64,000 nucleotides of DNA from a virus. Of the stretch, positions 21,601 through 33,500 are shown piece by piece (the stretch's first letter is position 1; each line of letters opens with the position of its first letter). The notes beneath the pieces were generated by a model. It was not told the origin of the DNA. It searched no databases and was given only the letters and a program-made list of their open reading frames with translations. The DNA lies in the IMG/VR virus record IMGVR_UViG_3300037520_001064, positions 25,589 to 89,588 of that record. One strand, given 5' to 3'. Both the position numbers and the translations under genes were made by a program.

Positions 21601-23628
21601 TATATATCAAACAATCAAGCTAGAACATTTCTTCCTTGGGTAAGAAAAGGACTTTCTGAAAAACTTATATTTGGTGGAAGAATAACTCTTGGAGAACAAT
21701 TTCTTAAAAACATTTCTGTTGATGAGAATGAAGTTGGTATGGGAAGATATGATCCAATAACTGGTAAGATACTTAATAAAATTCCTAAGTATTTAACTAA
21801 TGCATTTGAAGAAGACTACTCTGAAGATCTTTTCAAAACAATGGCTATGTATAATGAGTTTGCTATTAAGTTTCAATATCTATCAAGTATAGAAGATCAA
21901 GCATTAGCATTATTAAGACTTGAACAAAACAAGAAAGCTATTGCTACATCTATGTTTGGTAAAACACAAAAGGATGCAAACGGTGATTTAGTTTATACAA
22001 ATGATAATAGTGAAAACTCTAAACTTATAGAGGATATGATTAAAGCAATTGTATACCAACAGAAGTATATAGAGAGTGAAGCATTTGATCAACTACTTGG
22101 TAAGCTTGGTAACTTTGGACCAACAATTAATAAAAAGCTTGGATTCAAATTATTACCAGAGAACTTAGATGGAAGACAGATAAGTATCAATAAAGCTATC
22201 ACGCAATTGAATAATACATTCCAAGTGACAGCACTTGGTCTTAATATATTATCATCTACTTCTAACTACTTTGGAGGTACTGCACAAGGATTTATTAATG
22301 CTGGTAAGTATTTTAGCAAAAGAGATTATATAGCTACAGAGACATGGTTACTAAGTAACAAGATGGCTGGTGATATAGATAAAAAGACTGCACTGGCTGC
22401 ACTTGAATACTTTGTACCATTCACAGATAACTATAATAGATATGCTGCTACAAAACTTTCAATCAATAAATTAGATGACCAAGCAATACAAGATTGGTTA
22501 ATGATCTTGATGAGAAAAGGGGATGAGGCTGTTCAAACAGTTAACTTCTTTTCATTCTTAAAGAACTCAGTTGTTTTAGATGGCCAAGTTGTTAATGCTA
22601 GAGAGTATTTAAAATCTACAGATGAGTTTAAAAACTTCTATCAAGGAACACAATCAGAAAGAGATGCTAGAGCTGAGAAGTTTGAAAAAGATGTCAAAGA
22701 ACTTATTAAAGAGAAGGGAGTTCTTAATGTAAGTACAGTTGTAAATGGAGAACTTGTTATTCCTGGTGTAGATAGAAAATCTGATTCTGTAATAGAATTA
22801 AGAAGAAAGGTGCAAAGTTTTACAGCTGATGCATTAGGATCTATGACAGAAGAAAACAAACGTCTAATGAACTTAAATGTATATGGAAACTCTTTCATGG
22901 TATTTAAGAATTGGATTCCTAGACTTGTTGATGTACGTATGGGTAATGTTAAATACAATGCGGCATCAGATGCTTATGAATGGGGAAGAACTAGAATGAT
23001 TGCTAGAATCATATCAGATGATTTTAGAGGAGCTCTTGGTAATCTTAAAAACTCATTAGTAGGTAATGATAAAGGAATGGAATACATTAGACAGCTATAT
23101 GAGAAAAAGAGAGCTGACTATAAAGCTGATACTGATAAAGAACTTGAGATGACAGAAGATGAATTCATTGATCTTGTTAGAGCAAATATCAAGAATCAGT
23201 TAATAGATGTATTATTCTATGCTACATTATGGGCTATCTTCTTAGGACTTAAGGCTATGGCTCCAGATGATGATGAAGATCCTATAGTTAAGAATCAATG
23301 GAAGTTTGCTCTTAAGGCTACAGATAAGTTTAAAGATGAGCTTGGTTACTTCTATAATCCTACAAGTTTAACAAACTTAGTTTCTCAAGGAGTGTTTCCT
23401 GCTATGGGTCTTATAAATAATTATGAGAAAGGATTGGTAAACTTTTTGAAAGAATCATATGGGTTAGCTACAGGAGATGATGAGCTTGTTGAAAAGACTA
23501 GTGTTATCAAGTATTGGATGAAAACAAATCCTATAACTAATCAAGCTGCTGGAATGCTTCCAATGTTTTATCCTGACTTAGCTAAAGACCTTGGAATAAA
23601 AATGCAATCGCAATCAGGAATAAGATAA
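18679..23628 (+). CDS. Large virion cargo protein with PD-(D/E)XK nuclease-like domain
   Basis: 1649 aa. GTAGH...SE...AGTVDFLAV...ILDWKF...RQMKQY matches the RecB/PD-(D/E)XK pattern. Also has a degenerate zincin-like LPEEAMH and a hydrophobic helix near the C-terminus. Confidence 0.7.
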   Translation: MPCKIQIKENITRNIEQRTDGAFNKRLDVAQSIARSVNADYGTTVVRFVQKDVDFIDREIIIPQELIDRYYDHELFLEEEEARGVQQEDAARAGEEFSDEYMFQKEEGPIPTIASPQTLSLIKDFLKNIGVDIKLMDNIVVNGIKQDANAVALLTQKLIQVVNGKEASALPEEAMHFAVAIIKQTNPALYKKLMGEINSYAIMNEVFESYGNDPAYQIDGKPNVIKLKEEAIAKVLVETIINNNENNTEKPERIANAESWWDQIVNYLKNLFSKSGFDMAAMKIINGEAIGTVEDIRENAGEMFFQLSKQEKIVNGIKDVSNRIEKKTVKNELGGEEEKYFIDGKQIKNRVSNIIKTWYDEIRAQDALTDSEYKKAINALKADKGTAGHKDFEYAFSLFVDENGKLKSKDEIDRAVLTDNHVSFIDPNNNTIYEMLRDNLRARMETFPAETVFMSEVTIFDPRRDVAGTVDFLAVTPEGKVNILDWKFIGLDTMRYQDVPWYNVASWDRQMKQYKSIIKDNYGVDIKDFEQTRMIPIRAVYSEANPQTKVLPRLLEIEIGDVNVKNIKQDYLIPVGVAGEKVIIENDKAATKKINVILDKLNDIYAKLAEQKALPSERLNKAEQLNALYSAIRQLQMRQDIGPLLYQSKILNVQIQSIINTYNEKFQGKEGFSEQEIGDFTKSLRLAEDALQHYLTLDTDLDFLFEGKLSDEEKELKEELRDTAYQSRKLNDNLSDIFTEFTVEQIGGTEKGEKVIKGIFSKWLGTTSTIQLKGMATLFQKANAAFGRAGMDTQTEVARLTKLKSEYQKWASNKGLGPKTMFNIIRKKNSNELIDEYQPEFYTELKRATDKNVKDIKWIKDNIDVEAYRKYLEEKRQEEYARIDNLPRLGTQEQNEYDIAAEKAKVASLYSIAGDNAVGWLLYREAKKFPKEKWQSEEWKELHKKDAAGNYVNKPALDFYNYIIERNQAYADIGYISNNQARTFLPWVRKGLSEKLIFGGRITLGEQFLKNISVDENEVGMGRYDPITGKILNKIPKYLTNAFEEDYSEDLFKTMAMYNEFAIKFQYLSSIEDQALALLRLEQNKKAIATSMFGKTQKDANGDLVYTNDNSENSKLIEDMIKAIVYQQKYIESEAFDQLLGKLGNFGPTINKKLGFKLLPENLDGRQISINKAITQLNNTFQVTALGLNILSSTSNYFGGTAQGFINAGKYFSKRDYIATETWLLSNKMAGDIDKKTALAALEYFVPFTDNYNRYAATKLSINKLDDQAIQDWLMILMRKGDEAVQTVNFFSFLKNSVVLDGQVVNAREYLKSTDEFKNFYQGTQSERDARAEKFEKDVKELIKEKGVLNVSTVVNGELVIPGVDRKSDSVIELRRKVQSFTADALGSMTEENKRLMNLNVYGNSFMVFKNWIPRLVDVRMGNVKYNAASDAYEWGRTRMIARIISDDFRGALGNLKNSLVGNDKGMEYIRQLYEKKRADYKADTDKELEMTEDEFIDLVRANIKNQLIDVLFYATLWAIFLGLKAMAPDDDEDPIVKNQWKFALKATDKFKDELGYFYNPTSLTNLVSQGVFPAMGLINNYEKGLVNFLKESYGLATGDDELVEKTSVIKYWMKTNPITNQAAGMLPMFYPDLAKDLGIKMQSQSGIR

Positions 23629-23634
23629 AACAAC

Positions 23635-23697
23635 GCTATATTATATCAGATATTTACTATCGACATTTTTAAAACATATATTTAATAATTAACTTTG
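23635..23697 (+). promoter_or_regulatory. GCTATATTAT box plus TAACTTTG -7 element
   Basis: GCTATATTAT at 23635 and TAACTTTG at 23690; the same pair with the same 55-nt offset occurs at 34011/34066. Confidence 0.55.
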
Positions 23698-23702
23698 CTC
23701 AC

Positions 23703-24095
23703 ATGAGAACAGCTGCAATTTGCCCAACATGTGCCACATATGAAAATGCTTTATGCATTATATACAATGGCCCTTACTTAACCAATATAGATGTTAATCC
23801 TTTAGAAGATTTACAAACTATATTAGGTAAAATCAATACTAACTTAGTACCTAAAACAGGTACAACAGCACCAACCATTCCTGCTACATATTTAGGACAA
23901 AACTATTTAAATGTAGCTAAGTCTATGTTGTATTTTGCTAAAGGGATTAATACAGGAGCCACTGATTGGAGTCTTGTATTATCAGTTCCTGCTACAGGAG
24001 CACCTGAGTATGCAAACAACGCAGCTGCTTTATTTGCAGGACTAAGCGTTGGTCAAGTCTACCGTACTGGAGACTTTCTTAAAATCGTTCACTAA
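23703..24095 (+). CDS. Small structural/fibre-associated protein sharing its N-terminal module with the collagen-like protein
   Basis: CIIYNGPYL...LQTILGKIN parallels CVFYEGPNL...LESALKKIN in the next ORF. The C-terminus is EYANNAAALFAGLSVGQVYRTG. Confidence 0.55.
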   Translation: MRTAAICPTCATYENALCIIYNGPYLTNIDVNPLEDLQTILGKINTNLVPKTGTTAPTIPATYLGQNYLNVAKSMLYFAKGINTGATDWSLVLSVPATGAPEYANNAAALFAGLSVGQVYRTGDFLKIVH

Positions 24096-24107
24096 TAATC
24101 CAAACCA

Positions 24108-27100
24108 ATGAGTGTAATCTGTGCAGCTAATCCTTGCCCAATTTTACTAAGTGCATCCTGTGTATTTTACGAAGGACCTAACTTAGTATGTACTGGTATT
24201 AATACTAATGAAACCCTTGAGTCTGCATTAAAGAAAATTAATGATAGACTGTGTTCTGGTGCTGGTGCTGATGGGACTAGTGGTACTTCGGGTACTAGTG
24301 GTTCGTCAGGAACCTCAGGGACTAGTGGAACATCTGCTACTTCTGGAACTTCTGGTACCACAGGTACTAGTGGATCTTCTGGATCATCTGGTTCTTCTTC
24401 TACAAGTGGAACAGGTGGTACAAGTGGAACATCAGGGACTAATGGTACTAGTGGAACAACAGGTTCTTCTGGGTCAAGTGGTACATCAGGAAGTAGTGGT
24501 ACAACTGGTTCAAGTGGAACAAGTGGTAGCACAGGAACAAGTGGAAGCTCTGGAACTACTGGATCCTCTGGATCTTCAGGAACTGGAGGAACATCAGGAA
24601 CCTCTGGTACTACTGGGACAAGTGGTGTATCTGGTACAGATGGAACGAGTGGAACCTCAGGATTAAATGGTGATAGATATAGAACAGTTTCTACAGATTG
24701 CTTTACATTAGGTAACTCAGGAACTTTAGTTGTTGATACAGGATTGGCATACACTCCTGGTCAATCAATTGTTATTGCATATAATGCAACTAACTATCAA
24801 GAATCAATTGTAACATCTTATAATCCTTTTACAGGAGATTTAACTTTTGCTGCTCCTACAGTGGTAGTCGGTAGTGGAAATTATTGTATATGGGATGTAA
24901 ACTTGAATGGATCTAGTGGTGGAGATGGATCTTCTGGAAGTTCTGGAACATCTGGTATTACAGGAACTAGCGGAACAACAGGTACCAGTGGAACTACTGG
25001 AACCAGTGGATCTAGTGGAACGTCAGGAAGCTCTGGATCAACAGGTACATCAGGTACAACAGGAACTAGCGGTTCTAGTGGAACATCTGGTGTGTCTGGA
25101 ACAGATGGTACATCTGGAACTAGTGGTTCAACAGGGACTAGCGGAAGTTCAGGTACTACTGGTACTAGTGGTTCAAGTGGGACCTCAGGCTCTGATGGAA
25201 CAAGTGGGACAAGTGGAACAACAGGTACTTCAGGTACAAGTGGGTCTGCAGGTACTTCTGGTAGTTCAGGTACAGCAGGTACTACAGGAACATCAGGAAC
25301 AAGTGGAACAGCTGGTAGTAGTGGATCTAGTGGACTAAATGGTTCTTCTGGAGCAGCTATAGCTAACTGGTATGCAAGTTATTCTGATAGTACAACACAA
25401 GTTGTTACTGCAGCAAACACTCCAACAGTTATTACATATAACACAACAGAAATAGCAAATGGTATCATTCTAGACTTTGGTCAACAGATTAGATATCCAT
25501 ATGCTGGTATATACGAAATAGGTTATTCTTTACAGGTAGAAAAGACACAAGGTGGTTCTGCTGCTGATGTAGAGATATGGCTTAGAAAGAATGGAAGTGA
25601 TTTACTTAGATCAGACTCTATATTAGGTCTTTCTTCTAATAGTGTAAAACAACTTCCGTTTGTATCTATTATATTAGAACTTCAAGCTAATGATTATTTA
25701 GAAATAGTATTTGCTTCTGATTCACAACATGTACAACTTACAGCTGTTGCTGCACAAAGTAGTCCATATAATGTTCCTGCAGCTCCTTCTATTATTGTTG
25801 TAACAAAACAAATAGGTGTTTCTGTAGGAAGTACATCTGGTTCAAGTGGAACTAGTGCTACCTCAGGTACCACTGGTACATCAGGAACATCTGGCTCTAC
25901 AGGTACAAGTGGCTCTTCTGGAGTTGATGGTACTAGTGGAAGTAGCGGAACTAGTGGAAGCTCAGGCACATCAGGAACTGATGGTACAGGAGGAACTAGC
26001 GGTACTTCTGGTACAACAGGAACAAGTGGTATAAGTGGAAGCAGTGGAACATCTGGTAGCTCAGGCTCTTCAGGAAGTTCAGGAACAAATGGATCTTCTG
26101 GTCTTGATGGATCTTCAGGTACATCTGGCACAAGTGGATCTAGTGGATCTAGTGGCACAAGTGGTACTAGCGGTACAAATGGAACAGGTGGAACATCAGG
26201 AACTTCTGGAAGCTCAGGAAGCTCAGGAACTGCTGGTAGCTCTGGAACAGATGGAACAGGAGGTACAAGTGGCACTAGTGGAACAAGTGGAATAGATGGT
26301 ACATCAGGTAGCAGTGGGTCTAGTGGAACAACTGGAACCTCAGGTTCAAGTGGTTCATCAGGATCAACAGGTACTTCTGGAACCAGCGGATCTGCAGGAA
26401 CAAGTGGTACTTCTGGATTACAAGGAGATAGATTTGCTACAACATCTACTACATGTTTTACATTAGGAAATTCAGGAACAATAACTGTTGGAACAGGGTT
26501 AGCTTACACTGTTGCACAGTCTATCATAATAGCATACGATGCTAATAATTACCAAGAGTGTGAAGTGGTATCTTATAACCCTGGTACAGGTGTATTAGTA
26601 TTTAGTGCTCCTACAAGAACTGTTGGATCAGGATTCTACTGCTCATGGTTTGTTAACCTTGATGGTGCTACAGGAGGAGATGGAAGTAATGGTACATCAG
26701 GTACAAGCGGATCTTCAGGTACAAGTGGAATTGATGGAACAAGTGGTACTACTGGAACCTCAGGTAGTTCTGGGACCACTGGAACAAGTGGAACTACAGG
26801 TACCTCTGGAACAACTGGTACTTCTGGTTCATCAGGTACTTCAGGCTCATCTGGTATAAATGGAACAAATGGAACATCTGGTACAAGCGGTACTGCAGGA
26901 TCTTCAGGCTCTAGTGGTACTTCAGGTACTAACGGAACTGGAGGAACTAGTGGAACTGCAGGAACATCTGGTTCTTCAGGATCTGCTGGTACTAGTGGAA
27001 CCACAGGAACTAGTGGTACAAGTGGGTTCAATGGAACTTCTGGTACCTCTGGTGTAAACGGAACTAATGGAACTAGTGGTACAGCTGGAAGCTCTGGTAC

Positions 27101-30100
27101 ATCTGGCACTTCAGGAATAAATGGAACTAATGGTACAAGTGGAACGACTGGTACTAGTGGGACTTCTGGAAGTACAGGTACATCAGGAACCTCTGGTGTG
27201 AATGGAACAAATGGAACTTCAGGCACTGCAGGTTCAAGTGGTACGACTGGTACATCAGGATCTAGTGGAATCAGTGGAACTAACGGTACTTCTGGCACTA
27301 GTGGTAGTTCAGGAATTGCTGGAACATCAGGTACCAGTGGGACAAGTGGTACTTCAAGTATACCTTGTTCAACTTGGAGATGGCAATGTGCAAATCCTCC
27401 AACTTCAGGAAGATTCTATTTTGATAGTTGTAGTATAGGTGCATCAACTGAAGTATTAAATATATCAGAAACAAGTTTTGTAGGTATTGATTTCCAAGCA
27501 ATATTTACATCAGCAATAATTAATAGTACTGTTTTAATTACAAATACTAGTGGTTCTCAATTCTGGTTTTATACCATTACATCTTTTACAGATAATGGTA
27601 CTTACGACACTATGAATTTGACATTACAAACATCTAATACTTCAATAGTACCAAGTGTTGGTCAAGTATTTAATTTGTGTTTCTTAGTAGGAGCAAGAGG
27701 AGCTGCTGGTTCAAATGGTACTTCAGGTACGTCAGGTACTAGTGGCACATCAGGAGTAAATGGAACATCAGGCACAACTGGAACTTCAGGTACATCAGGT
27801 GTGAATGGAACTAGTGGTACAAGCGGCATCAATGGTACCTCAGGAACTACTGGAACGTCTGGTAGTAGTGGTGTTAATGGGACATCAGGTACTAGTGGAA
27901 CTAGTGGAATTAATGGAACCTCTGGTACATCTGGAGTAAATGGAACAAGTGGTACCACTGGTACATCAGGTTCTTCTGGAATAAATGGTACTTCAGGAAC
28001 TAGTGGGACTACTGGTACATCTGGAACTAGCGGTACTAGAGGTACTTCTGGTACTTCTGGTGCACAAGGAAATAAAGGTGGACTATTATATACATTTAGT
28101 ACAACAACAAGTTCAGGAACTACATCAGGTACTTTTAGATTTAATAATGGTACAATTGGTTCTGTAACTACAGTGTATATTAATAATACAACAACTGATG
28201 GTGCAAACGTTGTTAGTTACTTAAGTGCAATAGGTAATGCACTTTCTACACCTAGAGGATATATTATCATACAAAGTAACACCAATAATGATAATACTTA
28301 TGCAATATTCTCATTCTCAGCTGTTTCAACATCTTCTGAAGTTGCTTACACTGTAACTTATATTTCAGGTACATTACCAAGTAATAATGAAGTTTGTGTA
28401 ATTAGCTTTAATAGAACAGGTGATCCTGGTTCTAGTGGTACTTCTGGAACTACTGGAACATCGGGAACCACAGGTACTAGCGGTACTTCAGGTGTTAATG
28501 GAACATCTGGAACAAGTGGAGTAAATGGAACCAGCGGCACAAGTGGTGTTAATGGTACAAGTGGTACTTCTGGAATCAATGGAACTAGTGGTTCTTCAGG
28601 TATTAATGGTACGTCTGGTACATCAGGTATAAATGGCACAAGTGGCACAACTGGGACTTCTGGAACTAGTGGTATTAATGGTGCTCCTGGTACTTCAGGA
28701 ACGTCTGGTACAACTGGTACGTCTGGTACAAGTGGTACTAGAGGGACATCAGGTACATCTGGAGTTAATGGTGCTAATGGAACAAACGGTACTAGTGGAA
28801 CGTCTGGAGTGAACGGAGCTAATGGTTCTAATGGAACTAGCGGAACATCTGGTCTTAATGGAGCAAGTGGATCATCAGGAACTAGCGGAGTGAATGGTGC
28901 AAATGGTAGCAGTGGTACATCAGGTGTAAATGGAGCTAATGGTAGCTCTGGAACTTCTGGTGTCAATGGTGCTCCTGGTGCAGATGGTACAAGTGGTACA
29001 TCTGGTAGTTCAGGTGTAAGTGGTGGAGGAGCTTCTTGTCCTGATGTAGTTAGAATAGCTGCTATGTCTGGAAGATTTACAGTAGGATCACTTAATGCTC
29101 CTAACTTATCTAAAATGTTTTCAGGTAATAATGGTATTGGTTGGAGTTATGGTCTTTACGACAATGGTGTTTCTACTGATGGAAGTGGTGTTTTACTTAG
29201 TATTAAAAATGACAATTCTTATCTTGCAATTCCACTTCCTACAGATTTTGTTCCTGGAGATATTATTAAAATATGTGGAAATGCTAAAGTTGATCAGGCA
29301 AAGTTAGGTAATGATAATTTTTATGTAGGTGTTGGATATGTTAGTTGTTCAGATTTCTTAACAGGAAATGATCCTTTGATAAATACATTAATTCCTACAA
29401 GTGCTACAGCTTATACTAATCCTGGAGTTGTTTGTTTTTCTGAACAAGTAGAATTAAATCAAATACTTCCTGCTTGTGATACAATGTTAATTGTAGCAAT
29501 GACATCAGCAAATGATAGTGAAACAGAAGTTACAACTCGATTTACATATACATTAGATGGAATTAAATATTGTAATGGACCTAATTTATTAATTAGACTT
29601 TGTTGTGATCAAGCATATTCTGAAGTGATTGTAAATAATGGTGTAGCTGTTGGTGCTTCTTTTGTTGATACAGATGGATATTGTTGGACAGTGTACGAAG
29701 AAACACAACTTAGTGTTACAGGAGTTAGAACTAAATCTATCGAATATGGTGATTGTGAAGCATGTACATTTGACAATCCTTGTACTCCTAATTACGAAGT
29801 TAAATCTTGTTGTCAAATAGCAAATCAAATTTTTGTTCCAGTATTGCCAGGAGTGGGTGTTGGTGATACATTTGTTGATACATATGGAAACTGTTGGTAT
29901 GTTGAAACTACTACTTTCACACCTATAACAAATGTTGTATATGCTGATACTGTATATAGTGCAACTAGTTGTGAAAGTTCGGTTTGTCAAACTGCTAATC
30001 CTTGTCCTACATTTTATGGATTACAATCATGTTGTATATTTAGAAACCAAGATGCTTTAGGTGGAGTTACAAGTTCTGCAATAATTGGAACTACTTATGC

Positions 30101-30491
30101 TGTAAATGATGTATTTGTTGACCAATTTGGTTTTTGTTGGAAGATTAAAACTCAATTAGAAAATCCTGAATTCCCTAGTCTAGCATTTATAAGTCCTACT
30201 AGCGATTATGTTGATTGTGATGCTTGTTTAACAACTAACCCTTGTCCAGAATCAGTATTCTATGTATTACAAGAATGTTGTACAGGAGATATTGAAGTAT
30301 GGGAAAGTCCTGATGCTTATAATATAGGAGCTACATTAGCTGTTTTTGATCCTACAGATACAATCAAATATTGTTATAAAATATTATCATTTGATTTCAC
30401 AGGTCCAGCAACAATAACATTTGGAACAATAACTGGAAATTATTCAGATTGTCAATCATGTATAGAGAACTGGACTGGACCATGTCCATAA
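24108..30491 (+). CDS. Collagen-like (Gly-Thr/Ser-Ser/Thr)n fibre protein with a C1q/BclA-like domain and Cys-rich C-terminal repeats
   Basis: 2127 aa with six tracts that have Gly at every third residue ([12 protein letters not shown]), separated by globular modules. One module is C1q/BclA-like ([15 protein letters not shown]...WLRKNG...LQANDYLEI). Confidence 0.8.
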   Translation: MSVICAANPCPILLSASCVFYEGPNLVCTGINTNETLESALKKINDRLCSGAGADGTSGTSGTSGSSGTSGTSGTSATSGTSGTTGTSGSSGSSGSSSTSGTGGTSGTSGTNGTSGTTGSSGSSGTSGSSGTTGSSGTSGSTGTSGSSGTTGSSGSSGTGGTSGTSGTTGTSGVSGTDGTSGTSGLNGDRYRTVSTDCFTLGNSGTLVVDTGLAYTPGQSIVIAYNATNYQESIVTSYNPFTGDLTFAAPTVVVGSGNYCIWDVNLNGSSGGDGSSGSSGTSGITGTSGTTGTSGTTGTSGSSGTSGSSGSTGTSGTTGTSGSSGTSGVSGTDGTSGTSGSTGTSGSSGTTGTSGSSGTSGSDGTSGTSGTTGTSGTSGSAGTSGSSGTAGTTGTSGTSGTAGSSGSSGLNGSSGAAIANWYASYSDSTTQVVTAANTPTVITYNTTEIANGIILDFGQQIRYPYAGIYEIGYSLQVEKTQGGSAADVEIWLRKNGSDLLRSDSILGLSSNSVKQLPFVSIILELQANDYLEIVFASDSQHVQLTAVAAQSSPYNVPAAPSIIVVTKQIGVSVGSTSGSSGTSATSGTTGTSGTSGSTGTSGSSGVDGTSGSSGTSGSSGTSGTDGTGGTSGTSGTTGTSGISGSSGTSGSSGSSGSSGTNGSSGLDGSSGTSGTSGSSGSSGTSGTSGTNGTGGTSGTSGSSGSSGTAGSSGTDGTGGTSGTSGTSGIDGTSGSSGSSGTTGTSGSSGSSGSTGTSGTSGSAGTSGTSGLQGDRFATTSTTCFTLGNSGTITVGTGLAYTVAQSIIIAYDANNYQECEVVSYNPGTGVLVFSAPTRTVGSGFYCSWFVNLDGATGGDGSNGTSGTSGSSGTSGIDGTSGTTGTSGSSGTTGTSGTTGTSGTTGTSGSSGTSGSSGINGTNGTSGTSGTAGSSGSSGTSGTNGTGGTSGTAGTSGSSGSAGTSGTTGTSGTSGFNGTSGTSGVNGTNGTSGTAGSSGTSGTSGINGTNGTSGTTGTSGTSGSTGTSGTSGVNGTNGTSGTAGSSGTTGTSGSSGISGTNGTSGTSGSSGIAGTSGTSGTSGTSSIPCSTWRWQCANPPTSGRFYFDSCSIGASTEVLNISETSFVGIDFQAIFTSAIINSTVLITNTSGSQFWFYTITSFTDNGTYDTMNLTLQTSNTSIVPSVGQVFNLCFLVGARGAAGSNGTSGTSGTSGTSGVNGTSGTTGTSGTSGVNGTSGTSGINGTSGTTGTSGSSGVNGTSGTSGTSGINGTSGTSGVNGTSGTTGTSGSSGINGTSGTSGTTGTSGTSGTRGTSGTSGAQGNKGGLLYTFSTTTSSGTTSGTFRFNNGTIGSVTTVYINNTTTDGANVVSYLSAIGNALSTPRGYIIIQSNTNNDNTYAIFSFSAVSTSSEVAYTVTYISGTLPSNNEVCVISFNRTGDPGSSGTSGTTGTSGTTGTSGTSGVNGTSGTSGVNGTSGTSGVNGTSGTSGINGTSGSSGINGTSGTSGINGTSGTTGTSGTSGINGAPGTSGTSGTTGTSGTSGTRGTSGTSGVNGANGTNGTSGTSGVNGANGSNGTSGTSGLNGASGSSGTSGVNGANGSSGTSGVNGANGSSGTSGVNGAPGADGTSGTSGSSGVSGGGASCPDVVRIAAMSGRFTVGSLNAPNLSKMFSGNNGIGWSYGLYDNGVSTDGSGVLLSIKNDNSYLAIPLPTDFVPGDIIKICGNAKVDQAKLGNDNFYVGVGYVSCSDFLTGNDPLINTLIPTSATAYTNPGVVCFSEQVELNQILPACDTMLIVAMTSANDSETEVTTRFTYTLDGIKYCNGPNLLIRLCCDQAYSEVIVNNGVAVGASFVDTDGYCWTVYEETQLSVTGVRTKSIEYGDCEACTFDNPCTPNYEVKSCCQIANQIFVPVLPGVGVGDTFVDTYGNCWYVETTTFTPITNVVYADTVYSATSCESSVCQTANPCPTFYGLQSCCIFRNQDALGGVTSSAIIGTTYAVNDVFVDQFGFCWKIKTQLENPEFPSLAFISPTSDYVDCDACLTTNPCPESVFYVLQECCTGDIEVWESPDAYNIGATLAVFDPTDTIKYCYKILSFDFTGPATITFGTITGNYSDCQSCIENWTGPCP
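24272..29030 (+). repeat. Degenerate 9-nt-period coding repeats (Gly-X-Y tracts)
   Basis: ggN-acN-tcN/agt units with varied codons, in tracts at about 24272-24665, 24908-25350, 25825-26425, 26660-27360, 27700-28070 and 28425-29030. Confidence 0.9.
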
Positions 30492-30492
30492 T

Positions 30493-30524
30493 AAAAAAAG
30501 CTCCTATTTAAGGAGCTTTTTTAT
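30493..30524. terminator. Bidirectional intrinsic terminator between convergent genes
   Basis: AAAAAAAGCTCCT-ATTTA-AGGAGCTTTTTT hairpin with A/T tracts on both sides. Confidence 0.8.
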
Positions 30525-33500
30525 TTCATCTATAACCATTCTTGGTGTAACACTCTTCTGACATTCGAACTGTCTCTCTGTTCCTTTGTGAACAGGACAC
30601 CAGTCCCAATCTCCTTTATCAAATGTATACTGTGGATCATTCCAACATCCATGGCATACATTTGTATTTACTGGCCTATGGCATTGGAACTCGTGATTGG
30701 CATCAGTGAAGTTAGAGATCATGATCACTTCTTTATTCAATCCCCAAGCTAACCAGCTAAGCCCACTAGATAGTCCTATAAAGAACTGGCTGTGTACAAT
30801 ACAATCAATTGTATTCTCCATAGACTTATCATATAGCACTGCACAATTATCAAATGGATTATCCTCTAATGATGTATTCACTACAGAATATCCAACTGTG
30901 TGTAAATAATTAATAATCTCTTGCCAGTTTTCTCTGGTCCAGAACTTACATCCAGCTGTTGAGTTAGTTGCTATTGCTACATATTTATCATCAGGATGTT
31001 GTGGACGTGTTTTATAAGTTATTCTTGGTTTGATTTCTTTGTATGGAAGGCCAAGAATGTTTGTAGCTGCTTTCTGTAATGGGATAGTGTTAGGAAGCTC
31101 AGGCTCTTTGTTTTCATTATAGAACCAACCAAGCTTATACATTGCGTACAGATTAGTTACATTGGTCCCTGGCTCAACAAACTCTAACATTGGATATTCA
31201 GATTCAAACAAGAAGTTCTTGAATGTACTTACTACTACATCACAGTTGTGTGCACATCTAAACTCTTCTACGTATGGCATCCAAGCTATTGTATCTCCTA
31301 AAGAAGAGCTCTCAAAAGAAATATAAACTCTCTTACCATCTAGGTTCAGAAGTTTATCATACACCTTCTCTCCATCTTTATACACTACAGTTCTCCAATT
31401 GGTATAATACTCTCTAGCAAGTTTTACCCAATGATTACACTTTAAATTATCATGATATACTAAAGTGGGACCATCATAAAACTCTACAGTGAAATCACTT
31501 GTAGATGTACCAGTTATCTCTAAGAATGGTTGGCCTACGAAATGTTGTGTTATATTCCAATCTTTTATATTATTTTTGTGTGGAATAGTGGACACTGCAT
31601 GCTTATACAGATTTAAGTTAGCATTAGCAAAGTTTAACGATGTGTTGTTAGTTGGTATAGGGTAATTTGCAGGAGTCTCTAGAAGACTTCTTATTTGTGA
31701 AGCAATCATAGTAGGATCTAAATCAGTTATATAATTAGTGAACATATCTTTATATTGAGGAAGGTTTCTGGCCAGAATACTCTTACCGTAACTAATGGCT
31801 TCTCGGATAACAAGAGGATTACATTCCCATGTAGAGTTAAACATAAATACATCTGCAGCTTTCATAAACACATGTGCATCTATTCTCTCTCCCCATACAG
31901 TAACATTCTCAGGAATATTCTCCATTAATGGTTCCCAGTAGTCTATAAAGTTACCAGCTTGGTTACCTACAAAGTGGAAGTGCACATCTGGCATCTGTCT
32001 AGCTACTTCTAATCCTTCTCCCTGGTTCTTTCCTCTGGTCCAAAGTCCTATGTTTACAACATGCTTCTTTGTAAGATCCATTCCTAGATTTGATTGTGCA
32101 CCAACTTTTTCATTCCATCCCATGAAATTAAATTCAATAGGGTATTCAATCACTTGTTTATATCCATCTACACTAGCAAATGTATCTAAATGATAAGGAC
32201 TACAGAATGCAAATGCATCTGGTATAAACATCTTAGTCTCTGGTACAAAAGAAACATCATGACATGTTTCTACTATTCTATATGATCTATTATCAGAGTA
32301 TAATCTAATAACCATGTCTCTATTAAGTCTTTCAGACATTTCATCTATATGGATGACATCAGGTTTAAAATGGTCTATAACCGTAAAAAGTTCCATTTTA
32401 TCCTCATACAATGTGTGTACAGGCACAATGTCCATGATCTGATCTCTCTGTACAACAAAGTCTAAACTATGACATTGATACTCTACAACAAAGATTTCTA
32501 CGTCTGTAGAATCTTTCAATGCTTGTATTCTCTTAAGAAGAAACTGAGGCATACCACCTGTTGACAAGTGAGGAGCTAGAAATAATATTCTCAAAGGATT
32601 AGACATTTTAGATGGTAGTTTAGACATTATTTTAGACATTGCTACAGGATCTTTCTCTCCATGTAAGAAGAATAACTGATCTTCACTCTCTGGTAATTTA
32701 AACCATGATTCTAAATAAGATCCCCAATTATCTTCATTATATATCCTATCTAATTTATCAAGACTAGCATTAACATATATGTAAGGAAGACCATCTAAGA
32801 ACTTATGTTTCCATAACAACACATTCACTATTGTCTCTTCATGATAGGGAGCATAGTATTGAGGGTTCTTCAACACCTCTGGGTGATTACACATCCAGCT
32901 CCACTCATCTAAGAATGGTATAGTATTCTGACCAGCTACAAAGTAACCAGTTTGTCTATACTTCTGTCTAATAGATTGATCTATACCAAACAATTCACAT
33001 GCTGGAGCTTCAAGACTTTTATGTAAGTTCTCTCTTCCAATTACAACACCTCTACCATTGATTAACAAATAGTCATAGATTCCCTCTGTGAAATATGGAA
33101 ACTCTGAACTTGTAGGATAGTAATTGAATATTCTATCTACATATCTTGTAGCTACACTATCAGAATCTACATAACAAACTGTCTTTGCAAATCTTTCAAG
33201 AGCATCTTTAACTATAAGAGGTCTTTGTATTAACAACTTATATACATCACTCTTGTTTCTATCTATGTAAGTTCCTTTTGGTATATCTTCTACATCACAC
33301 TTCCACCATACAGTATATGCACCAGGTACTTCTTTATAATCATCTAGCATATACACTAGCACAGGAATATCACTCACCTTCTTAATACTCTCTACAGCCA
33401 TACATACAACACTGTGATAAGATGCATTTGCATATAATACATACATTTTTTCTTCTTTTCGATGTGTATGCGTATAATACCCATAGTATTCATTTCTGTA

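Noticed and set aside
24660-26665. Diversity-generating retroelement template/variable repeat pair
   Set aside because: Both copies are in frame within one gene, differ at all base types rather than only adenines, and no reverse transcriptase is present in the window.
24167-28966. Several long Pro/Val-rich - strand ORFs and Leu/Val/Gln-rich alternate-frame + ORFs
   Set aside because: They are shadows of the Gly-Thr-Ser repeat codons, confined to the repeat tracts, with no independent start context.
24272-29030. Possible CRISPR array or DNA-level tandem repeat
   Set aside because: The repeats are 9-nt coding units with synonymous variation; there is no constant repeat with unique spacers and no cas genes.
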